Assembly (NCBI GenBank): GCA_030770535.1
Contig: JASVEC010000144.1
Coordinates: 1-42,489 of the forward strand
Source of the DNA: Batkoa obscura
Taxonomy: Eukaryota
DNA length: 42,489 nucleotides
Direction: 5' to 3'
Below the pieces are notes generated by a model. It had not been told where the DNA came from and ran no database searches. It was given only the letters and a program-made list of their open reading frames with translations. The position numbers were made by a program, and so were the translations under genes. Of the stretch, positions 12,249 through 24,814 are shown piece by piece; the first letter of the stretch is position 1; each line of letters opens with the position of its first letter.

Positions 12249-12639
12249 GTTTAGTACTTGTCTCTATCTAACCAAAATTATTAATTATTATAATGAAGTG
12301 GATTATAGCCTAATATTAACCCTACTTATTTTCCAATAGTACTATGAATACTTAGTTATTTATAGCTACCATAATTAATGAAATTGATTGATATTTGTAA
12401 TCGTAGTTTGTAAAATTTATTATAATATAACGCTCTATATATTCTTTAGTCAAATAATTTTTGATAAAGAAGCACCATTAAATAAAGGATTCTTTTTAAA
12501 AGACCTCAATCATGAATTAATTTCTTGGGAAAAAAAACCGCTAGTTAGTTTATGGTACAAATGTACTGACATTAACTTTAAAGCTAGTAGGGCCTTAGTC
12601 AATGATAGTCCTAAGTTAACACTAAATCAAAGACTCCAC

Positions 12640-12681
12640 CTCAGTGCAAAGGATTCTATAAATCTAATTCTTTGCACTGAG
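12640..12681. repeat. Inverted repeat, 16-bp stem and 10-nt loop
   Basis: CTCAGTGCAAAGGATT-ctataaatct-AATTCTTTGCACTGAG (15 Watson-Crick pairs plus 1 G-U). Confidence 0.8.
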
Positions 12682-13067
12682 AGACCATTGGTTAGTTTAA
12701 ACTCAAAGTTCGACTTTTCTTTAGTTTTAATTTTAGCAAAAGCTCCGTTATACATAAAATGCTATAAAGGTGATTACTAATCTTAAATAAGCTTCATATA
12801 GGAGCATTTTTTTGTCTGGTATTTGGTATGTATTTTTTCAGGTTTTATATTATATAAAAATAAATAAAAAAGTTAAGCCGAAAATTTTTATTTCAATATG
12901 GATAAATTTAAAGCCATGGCTAAAATTTAATAAAAAAATAACAAATTTTTCATAACATTTGAACCTAATTTATAACTTTTATAAAGCAAAACTGGGAAAA
13001 CGTTGAGCCTTAAATTTGAAATAAGCCCTATCTATCAACTGCATAAGATAGATTAGAAATATTAAAC

Positions 13068-13161
13068 GAGGACGTATTTTTATTTAAGAATTTTACTGAC
13101 AATCTTGCTACTAAAATAACGCTTAAAAATGTAAAAAGTGATGAAACTAAAAAATATCCTC
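13068..13161 (-). mobile_element. MITE copy in the promoter of P450 gene 2
   Basis: GAGG...CCTC, TSD AAAC/AAAC. Confidence 0.88.
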
Positions 13162-13246
13162 AAACTCTCTACAGTTTATGATAATTTAATGCTACAATTT
13201 GAAGTATAAAAAAAGGACTTGGACCCCCTAGAAAATAAACCAAAAA

Positions 13247-14823
13247 ATGATTTTTTATATCTTACTATTCTTTATACCTTTATTTTTCTACAGTTATCTT
13301 AAACTTCAACCAGATAAAAATGTAGCTCAGTTACCTCGTGTGAGCCCATTATTGATACTATATCATGTATTAATTGGGACCCCTGCACAGTTGAGAGAGA
13401 AGTTAATACTACTCCCTTCTTTTTCTAAGAGTCGCTTCATAAACGTATTTTTGGGCCAATGATATGTATTTGTAAAAGACGCAGAAATTATCAAAAAAAT
13501 ACTCCTTGATGATGAAACTTTTGTAAAAACTAAAATAAGTGAAATGATGAATCATTTTGGGCTATTTGGAACAAATTTTGCTGAAGAACCAGATAAAGGA
13601 GTATGGAAATCACATAGAAAAATAATCAATCCAGCATTTAAAAGAGGGTGGGATCTAGGAGCTTTTGTAACTGTAGCAAATAAAATTTGTGATATAGCTC
13701 AAAATGCTGTCAACCAAGAGATTGAGGTTTTGGAAGTCTTTAAAGCTGCAACCTTAGATAGTTTAGGATTAAGTATCCTTGGCATTGACTTTAACTCCAT
13801 CAATAATTCGGATAACCAGATAGCTTATTTGTATAATAAGATTAGTGATGGTATTTTAAGCCCTGTTTTACATATTTCCTTTTTTGGATTACTTTCCATT
13901 TCCATCAAGAATGAAGTTATATGATGATACTGCTAAACTTCGTAACTATATAAAGAAGTTGATTGATGCTGAGAGGGAAAGATTGAGTGTATCTGGTAGT
14001 GACAAACAAGGGACTAATGTGTTATCATTAATGGTACAATCTTCTGATAGTGGATCGGAAGGGCTTACTAATGAAATGATTATAGTAATTCTTATTTTTA
14101 AATTAAGATAATTTTGTTTTATATTTTTTGTACTTTAGGATGATACTATCGTATTTATTATCGCTGGACATGACACCACTGCCCATACATTAGCTTCAGC
14201 TGTATATTATTTAGCTAGATATCCAGTAATGATAAATATAAGAAAATAAGTGTAATACTAAATAACTAGGAAATCCAACAAAAAGTGAGACAAGAAATAA
14301 AAAAATTGCTGGGACCAAAAAGCACGTTAGAAGAATTAATTTCAAACCATACTATTTTAAATGAGACTGTTTATTTAGAGTCTGTAATTTATGAAACTAT
14401 GAGAACTATACCAGCAATACCTATACTCAATCGTAAACTAAGTCGACCTGTTACCTTGGAAAATAATCTATTACTAAATACCAAGAAGAAATGACGCTAC
14501 ATGTAGGACTTGCAATGAAGGACCCAACTTTATTCAAAAACCCAGAAGAATTTCAACCCGAACGCTTTTTAATAGCTGAAGATAATCAAACTAAAATTGA
14601 TAAAAAAATGACCAACTTGTTACTTAATTTTGGTTATGGTACTAGAATGTGTATGGACAATCAGTTCTCTTTGTTGGAGCAAAAAGTGTTTTTAATTGCT
14701 TTGGTTCATGATTTCAATATTACTTTGCCAGAAAACTCCCCACATCATGACCATCCTATCTTACCACCTGCTTTTACTTTACATAGTCCTCAAGATTTAA
14801 AGGTTAAGTTCACTAAACTCTGA
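13247..14823 (+). pseudogene. Cytochrome P450 paralog, probable pseudogene
   Basis: Same two intron positions as 5962-7544. TGA at 13460-13462 where the paralog has TGG; 1-nt frameshifts near 13870 and 14490; heme motif altered to RMCMD. Confidence 0.85.
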
Positions 14824-14973
14824 GTATACCTTATAAATCCCCTACATCATTCTTATTCTATGTAGCGGTTTTTTATAAGGCCTGAATAAATCATTTAAGC
14901 ACTAAATTTCTAATATTGTTTTTTAACTATTTTAATGACTAATGATTACTATTTTGCTTTAATATTTAAACGT

Positions 14974-15065
14974 GAGGATGTATTTTTTAAGAATTTTACT
15001 AACGATCTTTCTGCTCAAATAGCGCTTAAAAAATGGAAAAAATGATGAGATAAAAAAACATCACC
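14974..15065 (-). mobile_element. MITE copy
   Basis: GAGG...CACC; flanks ACGT/ACAT. Confidence 0.85.
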
Positions 15066-15213
15066 ACATGAGAGTGAGCGTTTATTACAGTTGATAGCGT
15101 TGTAGGCTAAAAGAGTTAAAATTAATTCGGATTTCATTTTATTGTTTTTTATAATGAATTTTGTTGATATATCCTTTGTTTATATATATTATGAATTTTG
15201 TAAATTATCATAT

Positions 15214-15310
15214 GTGGATGTTTTTTTTGGTTTCATTACTTTTTCTATTTTTAAGCGCTATTTGAGCAGAAAGACCGTTAGTAGAATTCTTAAACGAAAA
15301 ATATATCCAC
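15214..15310 (+). mobile_element. MITE copy
   Basis: GTGG...CCAC; flanks ATAT/ATAA. Confidence 0.85.
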
Positions 15311-16016
15311 ATAAATTAATTTGGACTATTTTTATAAAAACGTAAAAATGTTACAAAGAGTAAATGCTACTGCTTCTCAAAACTAAACAAATTTTTAATT
15401 ACTTTGGTAATTGCTTGCGTTATTTGGATAATTTACAGTGCTCCTAATAAACTATACTACAAATTCATTTACAATCCTCTTCCTATAGCTGTAATAGTCC
15501 TTGAATGGGAAGGACTCTTCCTAAAAGAGTACCAATTCATGCAACATCACATCAACCTCTTCAAAAAATAAAAACAAGTCCTTCGTGTAACTAATCGGGT
15601 TTATTTAGTAAATCTAATTCTATCTATTCCTAACTCGGACTAATGCCCTCACTTTTATCATCTATATCTTACTTTTTCTAAATTTTCCATATGTTAAATA
15701 AACCAAACCCTATGTATGAATGAATAATATAAATAGATAGTTTATATTGCATCAGATCTAAAATTAAAATTACAATATTAATAGTTTTTTTATTCGTTTA
15801 AAAAGCCTATTAACTACAATTTAATGATGTAATAAAATATTAAAAATGGTTGTTTTAAATATTATAAATTAAATTGTAGTGAACTAAGTATATTTTTAAT
15901 TAGATTTTAGAGATAATTAATTGCTAATCTTGTATAAAAACCAAAAGAATCAAAGCATTCAAACAATTTTAGATATATTTTAGCAATTGGGGGTAGTTCT
16001 GTATTTTTTTAAATGT

Positions 16017-16479
16017 TGTGAAATCTGGTACTCAGGGTTTGGAGTCAAGAACAGCTATTGCTGGATTGACTACACTATAAGTCGAAAGGTCTTAGTTTAT
16101 GTGACTAAGATAGACTTGGATTATGAGGAATAGCACGTAATAGGTTACAAACGATATAAAACAGATATAATAGACAATACTAATACAAATCTACGTAAAA
16201 TACTATCAAGTAAACTTAGTGGCTTTATTAAATGTTCGAGATATCAAGAAATAATTCAGTTAAAAAGCCTCGAACTACTATACTCTGTAAACTCTTTTAT
16301 ACTCTGAAAAGTATAAGTATCAAAATGAGAAGATAATGTTCTTTGGGATGGAGCTAGAAATCCTCATAGCAAATCAAACTAAGAATGTCGGATTGATTTT
16401 CTCTGAACTCGAGAACACAACAGCTTAGGCGATTGTTATGCTATAATTAACTATGGGACTAACAAAGCGATATTTCACA
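16017..16479 (-). mobile_element. Solo LTR (463 bp)
   Basis: Reverse-complement copy of 9887-10350; TG...CA; TSD ATGT/ATGT. Confidence 0.85.
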
Positions 16480-17509
16480 ATGTAATTTTTATTTTTGTAG
16501 AATTATTGTCAAGTAAAATTGTCCCTTAAAATGAAATACTAGTTTTGCACAAAAAAATAATGTTTTTAGCAATTTGTTAATTAAATGAAGATAGATTTAC
16601 TATTTAAAATGTATTTATTACATTGTCAGTTCATTGTATATTAGTTTTCCCTTTAGTTATATTATTTTTAAGAAATGATACTATATAAATCAAATTGTTT
16701 ATTGATTAATAAAAGATAGTAGCTGATAACAAAACTTATTTTTAACATAAATTCAAGAGAGTATAATATAACAAAATAAATAGCAGCTATAATAATATAA
16801 ATTGAACTTCCATGTTTTTTTGTTTAAAATTTATAACATAAATAGTAGCTTTTTAACAGGACGTTTCAAATACATTTAATTATATGACTATAATATTCGA
16901 AAATTGAATTTATGGATAAATCAAATCCTATCAATGTATACTTTTTATGTTTACAGCTAAGAAAAAAAAAAGATATATAAAGAGAAGCTTTTCTGCCATA
17001 TTAAAATTAAAAAATACTTTTGATCGCTTTTAGATAGTAACTCTTTTACTCTTTCTTATGGCTTGATACTATTTTCCTTTGGTTCTTTGGGCATTCTGGT
17101 GCTAAAATTATTTCCTGTTTGCTTGGTTTCTAGCCTCTTGTTATAACTTTCTATGCTTGCTAAGTTACTCGGTCAATCCAACACATAATTCTTATACTTT
17201 AATTTTATTAGCATGTTTAACATAACATCTTTCACTTTTAATTTACTTAAACTGCTTCCTATATAGTCCCTTTACTCATACTTTATTTAATGCATTTAAC
17301 GTATACTTATTATATTTATAGCTCCTTTGGTGTTCCAATATAAAGTCTTGTTCTTTAAAATTTACCAGCATACCGATTGCCTAACTTCAAGACTATTGCT
17401 CTTTGGCATATGCATGATACCCAGTAAAAAAATATAGACTGCTATCCTATCCTTATCAAGTAGTCTAGAACTAATTTGGTCTTTTGTTTTGAGGTGAACT
17501 CGAATTTTT

Positions 17510-17717
17510 CCAGGAAAAAACCTGGTCAAATAGTATAAATCTTTTATATCAAAGTCAAATATTGATACTGTATTTTATCAGGAAAAAAACATGGTAAAAT
17601 CCTAAAATTCTAACCAGACAACGGAGTTAAATCTTGGCGAATCTAATTTATTCAGGGGGAAAACCTGGTTATAAACTAAAATTCTAGCCAGACATTGGAA
17701 GTTAAACCTTGATGTCC
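17510..17717. repeat. Three imperfect ~70-bp tandem units, each starting with a CAGG-(R)6-7-CCTGG-like palindrome
   Basis: Units at ~17510, 17578 and 17652; units 2 and 3 also share CTAAAATTCTA(g/a)CCAGACA..GGA..GTTAAA.CTTG. Confidence 0.75.
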
Positions 17718-18158
17718 ATATGTATAATAAAATTAATAGTCTTTAGCAATATTTTTAAATATATTTTTAGCTTTTGTCGGATAGATGAAAAATAAGTTGG
17801 CTAAACTCCCCACCTAAAAAATCTAAAATTAATAAACATAAAGTAAAAATAATTTAATAATATTTATATTTCTTACTTTGATTGTAGTATTTTAACTGAA
17901 TAAACTGGTAATTTAATGTGAAGTAATAACTTTTGCATGATAATCATGATTAAACAATAGATACAAGATGTTGCTAGATTTTTAACAATTTACTTTGTAT
18001 CTGTTAAAGTTTATTTGGTAATTTTTTATTTAGAAGCAAAGTTTGCATCAATTCGACTAATAGAATATGACATTATTAACAGTTCAAATCAATTTTATTT
18101 TGAACTATAAATCAGGAGTTATAGATTAAATTAAGTTTCTTTTTTACTTTATTTTAAA

Positions 18159-19457
18159 ATGAAATTAAAATTTGAGCAATTATCCGATATATTGCTAGAA
18201 GATATATTTAAACTATTACATCCAAGAGAATTATTCAATTTACGCTTTTTAAGTAAATATCTACATTTGATTGTAAGTAGAACTATCAAATATAATTTAA
18301 CTTATTCAGTCTATAATAAATTCGAATATAATAAATATTGGAGTTACCAAAAGAAGTTTATTAATGAGAATGGAATACTAATGAAGCACCTTAATATATG
18401 TGATGAGACTATTGAATATTTGAACTCTTGTCCAAATATAATATCTATAAACTGTAGACATATATTTGATGATACTAAAGTCGAATTAAACGTTGAATTG
18501 GCGAATTTAAAAAAGATAACAATAGATTCTCGTAGGTACTCAAGATCATTAAATCTTTTCTATAAATATTTAAAACACATTGAACTATTTGAAGTTATTG
18601 GATATGATATATCAATTGAAAATATTATTGAATATTTAAACTTGGGTAAATTAAAGTCATTCAAAGTATATTCATATAACAATTTAAATATTGATGGCTT
18701 GGATATAATCAAAACTGGATGTAGTGAACTAAAGTTAGTAAGCATAAAAAGTAACGAATATATTAGCACTTCAAGCGACCTTAATTCGAAAATTGATTTT
18801 AATTCTAACTTAAAACTAGAAATTGCTGGAAAGTTTACCCCAACTTTCAATATCAAACATTTTGGTGATTTAAAACGATTAAATAGTGTAAAGTTTATTG
18901 ACTTTCATGGCTTGTATTTTGATATTAATAATGAATATGATAGTATAGAACTACTTGAAAATAGTAACGTTGTGGCGTTGGGCTATCTCAACCCGAATTA
19001 TGTAATCAATTGTGCTTTTTTGAAATTATCAAGTTTAAGGGAAGTTTATATTGCCAATTTATCAAAGGAATTATTGATTTCAATCTCTCAATTATCAACC
19101 ATCCAAACTGTTCATTTTGGCCATTTAAATTCCAACATTGAAAAGATCTTTAGCAATTCTTATTTAAAAGGAAATGATGCTCATAAAGAATACAACTCTA
19201 TTAAATGTAAGTTTGTTAAGCAAATTAAAGTTGAAACTCTTTACACCACGTTTGCAATGTTTCTTTATCTTTTATCCTTTTTCCCAAATCTTGGAATGTT
19301 TAAAGTTGAAACTTTTAATTTGACAAATGTACATGTTAGAATTGATTATGAGCCTACTACTCCCTTGTTATTTATTGCCCCTGTTGCTTTGTATATGGAT
19401 AGAGCACTTTTTGATGAACTAGAGAATGACCCAATGTTGGATTGGATAAAATTATAA
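18159..19457 (+). CDS. F-box protein with LRR-like C-terminus, intronless
   Basis: 432-aa ORF; N-terminal FEQLSDILLEDIFKLLHPRELFNLRFLSKYL fits an F-box; repeated LxxLxxLxI segments (CPNI, LANLKKITI, FPNL). Confidence 0.78.
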   Translation: MKLKFEQLSDILLEDIFKLLHPRELFNLRFLSKYLHLIVSRTIKYNLTYSVYNKFEYNKYWSYQKKFINENGILMKHLNICDETIEYLNSCPNIISINCRHIFDDTKVELNVELANLKKITIDSRRYSRSLNLFYKYLKHIELFEVIGYDISIENIIEYLNLGKLKSFKVYSYNNLNIDGLDIIKTGCSELKLVSIKSNEYISTSSDLNSKIDFNSNLKLEIAGKFTPTFNIKHFGDLKRLNSVKFIDFHGLYFDINNEYDSIELLENSNVVALGYLNPNYVINCAFLKLSSLREVYIANLSKELLISISQLSTIQTVHFGHLNSNIEKIFSNSYLKGNDAHKEYNSIKCKFVKQIKVETLYTTFAMFLYLLSFFPNLGMFKVETFNLTNVHVRIDYEPTTPLLFIAPVALYMDRALFDELENDPMLDWIKL

Positions 19458-20935
19458 TAAATTGAGCAGCAATAATAGCTGTTCTTTATCATTAGCTTAG
19501 TTCTATTATCAAGGCTGTCATTTTATATTAACAAAAAGCTTTTTAATATTTGAAATTTAAAGCTTAAAATTTAAAATGCTACGTAATCAAGAATCACTTA
19601 ATTCTTGGAAGAGCAACAAAAGCTTCCAAATAGTCTGTTGTTCAAAATAAGAAAAAGGTAACCAAGGTCTAGATTACTATTTTTTCAATTCTATTTGTTA
19701 GGCCATAGAGGCCAGTAGTGTCAAATTTATTTAAAAAATAATCCGGAAAAAATTTAAAAGGCTAATGAAATAAATGAACAGTAAAAGTGTATAATTTGCA
19801 TAAGCCTGAGGATGAAAAACATTTAAAGTATTCGAGCTACCCTATTTCAAATCATCAAAAAACATCAGCTATAAATATTAGATTTGCTTAGAAAATGTAG
19901 GATTAAAGTTCTTGGTGGTGCGTTATGGGTAGTCAATGGTAATTCTATATAAATCATGATATAGATTTTCAGCACAATAAAATGGGAGTAGCCAGGCTCG
20001 TCACAGAAGCTTTACTATTCTTATCCAATTTGAACATTATACAAAAATATTTAAATAAGGTTAAAGAGTATAGAAACCTTATCATAAACGGTCTTGATAT
20101 TATTTAAATATCTTTACTAGAATATTAAAAGATACAAAGTTTAATAAGCCTTAGTAAGAATCAATAATTTACAATTAATTAATTAAAACTATGTAGTATT
20201 TTTTAGATTATAATACTTAATAGAATTTAGATACAACTTCATTATTTTTTTACTTGCTTTGATTTTGACATAATAAAATTCAAACTCAAAAATCAAATGA
20301 ACATTCACCTGCCTAAAGCATAAGCTGCTAATATATCTATAACAAATATTCGGATCATCGATATACCAGTAGATCTAATAAATGGAAAAATTACATCTTC
20401 TGTTTTGATGTTTTGTTCTTTTTGTAAGTAAAAATTGTAAAAATATTAGTTGAGCTTCAAATAAAAAATATCCGAACACGCCTTATGTTTAAATTAGTCT
20501 TTATGCATAAACTTAGGTGTTAAATTTGAAATAAGTGGAAAAGTGGTCTTTATAATATTCATCTTTAATTTGAAAAAACACCGATATGCCATATATCAAG
20601 AATACTTGAAACTTGGCTATTTAACTTTGAAAATCTGATAGTTGACTTATATTCAAGTGCCAGTATTATAAAAAGTGTGCTATCACAATTCAAGGCTTAG
20701 AATTTTCGAGATTACTTTTTGACCAAAATTTGGATTTATCCACTTCATTTAATCTTTCAACCAATAAAAAGAGTTACCTATTGCACAGATTAATCAAAAA
20801 TCAAGATTTAATACTATAAATTAAAACAAAGATATCCATGTTAAAGAAATTCAATTGGTTGAAAAATAATTATTACAACTATAAAATTCAAATAAACAAC
20901 CATGAAACATTTAATTATTAGATATATTAGAAGAT

Positions 20936-22181
20936 ATGCGTCAAGTGAAAATTTTTGGAGGTAGTTCTCATCCCGAGCTTTCTGAGTTAATATCTCAAAA
21001 GTTAGCCCATCCACTTGCACCATTAACCACTAAAAAGTTTTCAAACCAAGAGTCAGTGGTTGAAATTGGTACTTCAGTACGTAACGAAGATGTATTTATA
21101 ATTCAATCTGGTTCTGGCAAAGTGAACGACAATTTAATGGAGTTATTGATTGCAGTATCGGCATGCAAGATAGCTTCTGCTTCTAGAGTAACCGCTGTTT
21201 TGCCATATTTCCCATACTCCAAACAATCAAAATCAAAAAACACTCGTTCTTGTATTGCTGCTCAATGTATTTTTTAAAGATCATTATTTAAGTTTAAATT
21301 TAAAATTTTTATATAGTGGTAGCTGATATGATCTCTGTTGCTGGAGTAGACCATGTTATTACTATGGATTTACATGCTTCTCAAATGCAAGGTTTCTTTA
21401 ATGTGCCAGTAGATAACTTGTATGCTGAGCCAGCTATTGCTAAATGGATTCGTGATTCAGTACCTAATTATAAGGATGGTGTAGTAGTATCAAAAAATGC
21501 TGGAGGGGCTAAAAGGTACAGACTATTTATAATATAAGTTCAAACTAATATCAAAATAATAGGGTCACTTCTTTAGCTGATTGTTTAGATATAGATTTTG
21601 CACTTATTCATAATGATCCTAATCATAAGGCAAAAAACTCGAGAGAGTATTATACTCATTCTGAACCTTTACCTGAGCCTAAAAGCCCATGCGAATCTTT
21701 GGCTGTAGTAGGTGATGTTGCAGGAAAAATTGTATTTTTGTGTGTAAGATTTAATTTTAATTAATTTTCTATCATTTCTATAAATCAAATAATGATTAAC
21801 AGAGTTCATTTCTTAATCCAATTTTTTAGGATGATATAATAGATAAATGCAACAATTTCATCCAAGCAAGTGACCAATTAATTAATAAGCACGGTGCTGC
21901 TAAGGTGTTCATAATAGCAACCCATGGGGTTTTGTCTGGTGATTCTTTGACCAAGTTAGAGGAATGTTCAACTATACATAAGGTAAAATAGAACTTATTT
22001 TAGTGACTAAAATGTTAAAACGTGTTAGGTTGTTGTTACAAATACATACCCTATCCCAGTTGAGCGTCGTAAAGGGGTATCAAAATTAGAAATTATTGAT
22101 ATTTCAGGTACTTTAGCAGAAGCTATCCGCCGAACTCATAATGGAGAGTCTATCTCTTTCTTATTCAAAAACCCATTGTAA
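20936..22181 (+). CDS. PRS5: Ribose-phosphate pyrophosphokinase family, Prs5/PRPSAP-like; 5 exons (20936-21266, 21317-21515, 21563-21743, 21830-21982, 22029-22181)
   Basis: [50 protein letters not shown] and [35 protein letters not shown] and a loop insertion point to the Prs5-type subfamily. Confidence 0.85.
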
Positions 22182-22805
22182 AAAAATTACTTTATGCCTT
22201 CTCAACATTGTTAAACATACGTTATAAACATGTGACTTTATGGACTATATATCCAGCAAAATATAGATATCATTATTTTTATTGATAGTTTATTTTATAT
22301 CTATTATATTGTTTTATGACATGAGATATTCAAATCGACTTGAAATTTATCTATACAATTGGTCGCTTAGTATAAAACTTTATTTTGTCTTGTTGGAATT
22401 GAAACTATTTTCATTTAGTTATCAAAAAGCAGTTGATTTAAAATCCTTAAAAGCACATTGATTTGTACATATTAATATCAAGGTATATTAAAAGCTTAGA
22501 AACTCATATAAAAGTGTTTCTTTGTTAATAATTTATGTAATAATTTGTTTGCCTTTATGTTGCGTCAAAGTGGATAAAATGCCTAAGCAAAAAGAGATTA
22601 TTGTAGGATTTATCCTTTATGAAACTTTCAAATTAGTCATTATAAATTACTTGAAGAAACTAATTCATTATAAAAGTATGCTTAAATAAGATAATGAACC
22701 TAAATATAGTATCTCGAGTCAAAAAGCAATAAAAAAACAACTTTATTAACTTGTAAAAATCTGGTTTAGTTTAATATGTGAATTTAGTTCCCCATTCTTT
22801 TTATT

Positions 22806-23594
22806 TTATTCGATATTCTCTTGAGGCTCTTCTGCAACTGGGTTGATATCTTTTAATTGATTTAAAAGATTCTCTGTTACTGAGGTATGTTTATTTGGCA
22901 TAAAATATATCTTTGGCTCAGTATTTGTTGACAAGAAAAGGTGCTTAGTATTATTATAACCCTCTCTAATCGTTTCCTAATTTAAAGTCAAATTTTTACA
23001 TAATATAAAAACTACTAATTACCAATATTTCAGTTTCCTTTTTTAATTTCATACGCAATATTTCTTCTTGTCTTTGAATCTTTATCTGTCTCTCTTCTTC
23101 CTTTTGCCTTGATAACTCTTCTTTTTCTTTTTGTAGTTTTTCATTCACTTTTTGTTCTATTTCTTCACGCTTTAGCTCCTAATAAATTATATTAAACATT
23201 GATAATGACAGTAGTGATGCTTGTTTTACTCCATTGGATTTATTTCTAGCCTCAGATTGAAATTTGGTTAATGTTCCCATTAAGACACCAAACATTCTTT
23301 TCCCACGTTGCCTATCTTTATCATTTGTTTTGCTTTTGGCCTAGAAAGCTTTAGTTAATTGTTCGATTAAATACAATCATATTTTACATTGTCTGGTGTT
23401 GTTTCTTTTAAAGTTTCGCTATCATTTGATCTATCCACTTGTAAATCACCATTTTGGGCATTATCTTCATCGTGAATTTTGTTAATATTATCTTGTTGAT
23501 TATTTACCTTATCTTCTAAATTTCTATCCCTATATGATACACTGGGGTTAGTTTTGCTATGATATTATTATTATTTTTACTTTGTTTCACTCAT
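22806..23594 (-). CDS. Pinin/SDK/memA domain protein, ~5 exons
   Basis: Spliced frame contains DRQRGKRMFGVLMGTLTKFQ, a charged coiled coil and TNTEPKIYFMP. Absent from the ORF track because of introns. Confidence 0.85.
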
Positions 23595-24371
23595 TTTGTT
23601 TAGAAGATAGTATTGAGTTTATTTTCAATTGCTTAACCTAAGGCATTTTTGACTTGCTCATTGATTGGTAACCAATTTCATAATAGCCAATTACTGCTTT
23701 TATATTGGCATTTAATTAAGATCAATTGCAATATTAATTTTATGACTATTCCAACTCTTTTTTGAAGTAGCTAGCAGTAGTTTTTACATAACTTATTTGC
23801 CCAATGCTCTTTAACACTAAACCCTCTTATTTGTCTAGATTTTGGCGTAGATTCTACTTTAAATAAGTAATTATTTATTTTCCAAAAGAGCTAGAACAAT
23901 TCTAAATATCATGGCTATTTTGATATTTTGATATTTTGTAAATTAGACTTGCCTCTGTTGTCAAAAAAATCGATTTTGTGTAATTAAAACTACCTTACCT
24001 TTACTGAAAAGGCCTTCAATAGTATATATAACATGGATGCAAATGGTTTAACATTATAACTGTGCTGACGTTAAGACTAGGGATAATATCACAATAGCTC
24101 TCTAATTTAACTTCTTATTTTTAATATAATATAAAACAATAATTATAACTTCAATACCATTACTCCAGCTAATTTGTTTTTCAGTTATATTTGTAGCAAC
24201 GAAAAGTGTTTTAAACCCATGTCATTTTATTTAGAAAGAACTATTATGAATTTTTTGAAATATCAAATTTCTAAAACACTCCGTCATTTATGAGCTGAAT
24301 ATTTTACTCTTTGGAAGAGATAGTGCTTTATAGTGATCTAAAGACTAAACCTCATGTGAAGGCTAAGGCTA

Positions 24372-24388
24372 ATCAAAAAAACATCCCC
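24372..24388. mobile_element. Isolated MITE/Sola terminus
   Basis: ATCAAAAAAACATCCCC followed by ATAT; no body upstream. Confidence 0.55.
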
Positions 24389-24414
24389 ATATATTAATGG
24401 TTTTTACTGGCTTA

Positions 24415-24814
24415 TGTGAAATATCGCTTCGTCAGTCCCATGGTTAATTATTTTGATTTGTTATGAGAATTTCTAGTTCCACCCAAAAGAATATTATCTT
24501 CTCATTTTGATACTTATACTTTTCAGAGTATAAAAGAGTTTACAGAGTATAATAGTTCGAGGCTTTTTAACTGAATTAATCCCTGATATCTCGAACATTT
24601 AATAAAGCCACTAAGTTTTCTTAATAGTATTTTACATAGATTTTACATTAGTATTGTCTATTCTATTTGTCTTATATAGCTTGTAACCTATTACGTGCTA
24701 TTCCTCATAATCCAAGTCTATCTTAGTCACATAAACTAAGACCTTTCGACTTATAGTGTAGTCAACCCAGCAATAGCTGTTCTTGACTCCAAACCCTGAG
24801 TACCAGATTTCACA
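24415..24814 (+). mobile_element. Solo LTR with ~63-bp internal deletion (400 bp)
   Basis: TGTGAAAT...ATTTCACA, TSD CTTA/CTTA; deletion near 24450 relative to the 9887 copy. Confidence 0.85.

Noticed and set aside
12388..12780. 130-aa ORF as a gene
   Set aside because: TTG start, no recognisable motifs, located in decayed repeat-rich sequence and overlapping a DNA palindrome.
13460..13462. In-frame TGA in P450 copy 2 as recoding or an alternative genetic code
   Set aside because: The same gene has two frameshifts and an altered heme motif, and TGA is a normal stop in neighbouring genes while Trp is TGG.
17510..17717. Palindromic repeats as a mini-CRISPR
   Set aside because: The intervening sequences of units 2 and 3 are homologous, so this is a tandem repeat rather than repeat-spacer structure.
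18560..18856. Antisense or overlapping ORFs (also 712-912, 20841-21023, 32891-33085, 37539-37730)
   Set aside because: They shadow real genes or their 5' regions and contain no recognisable motifs.
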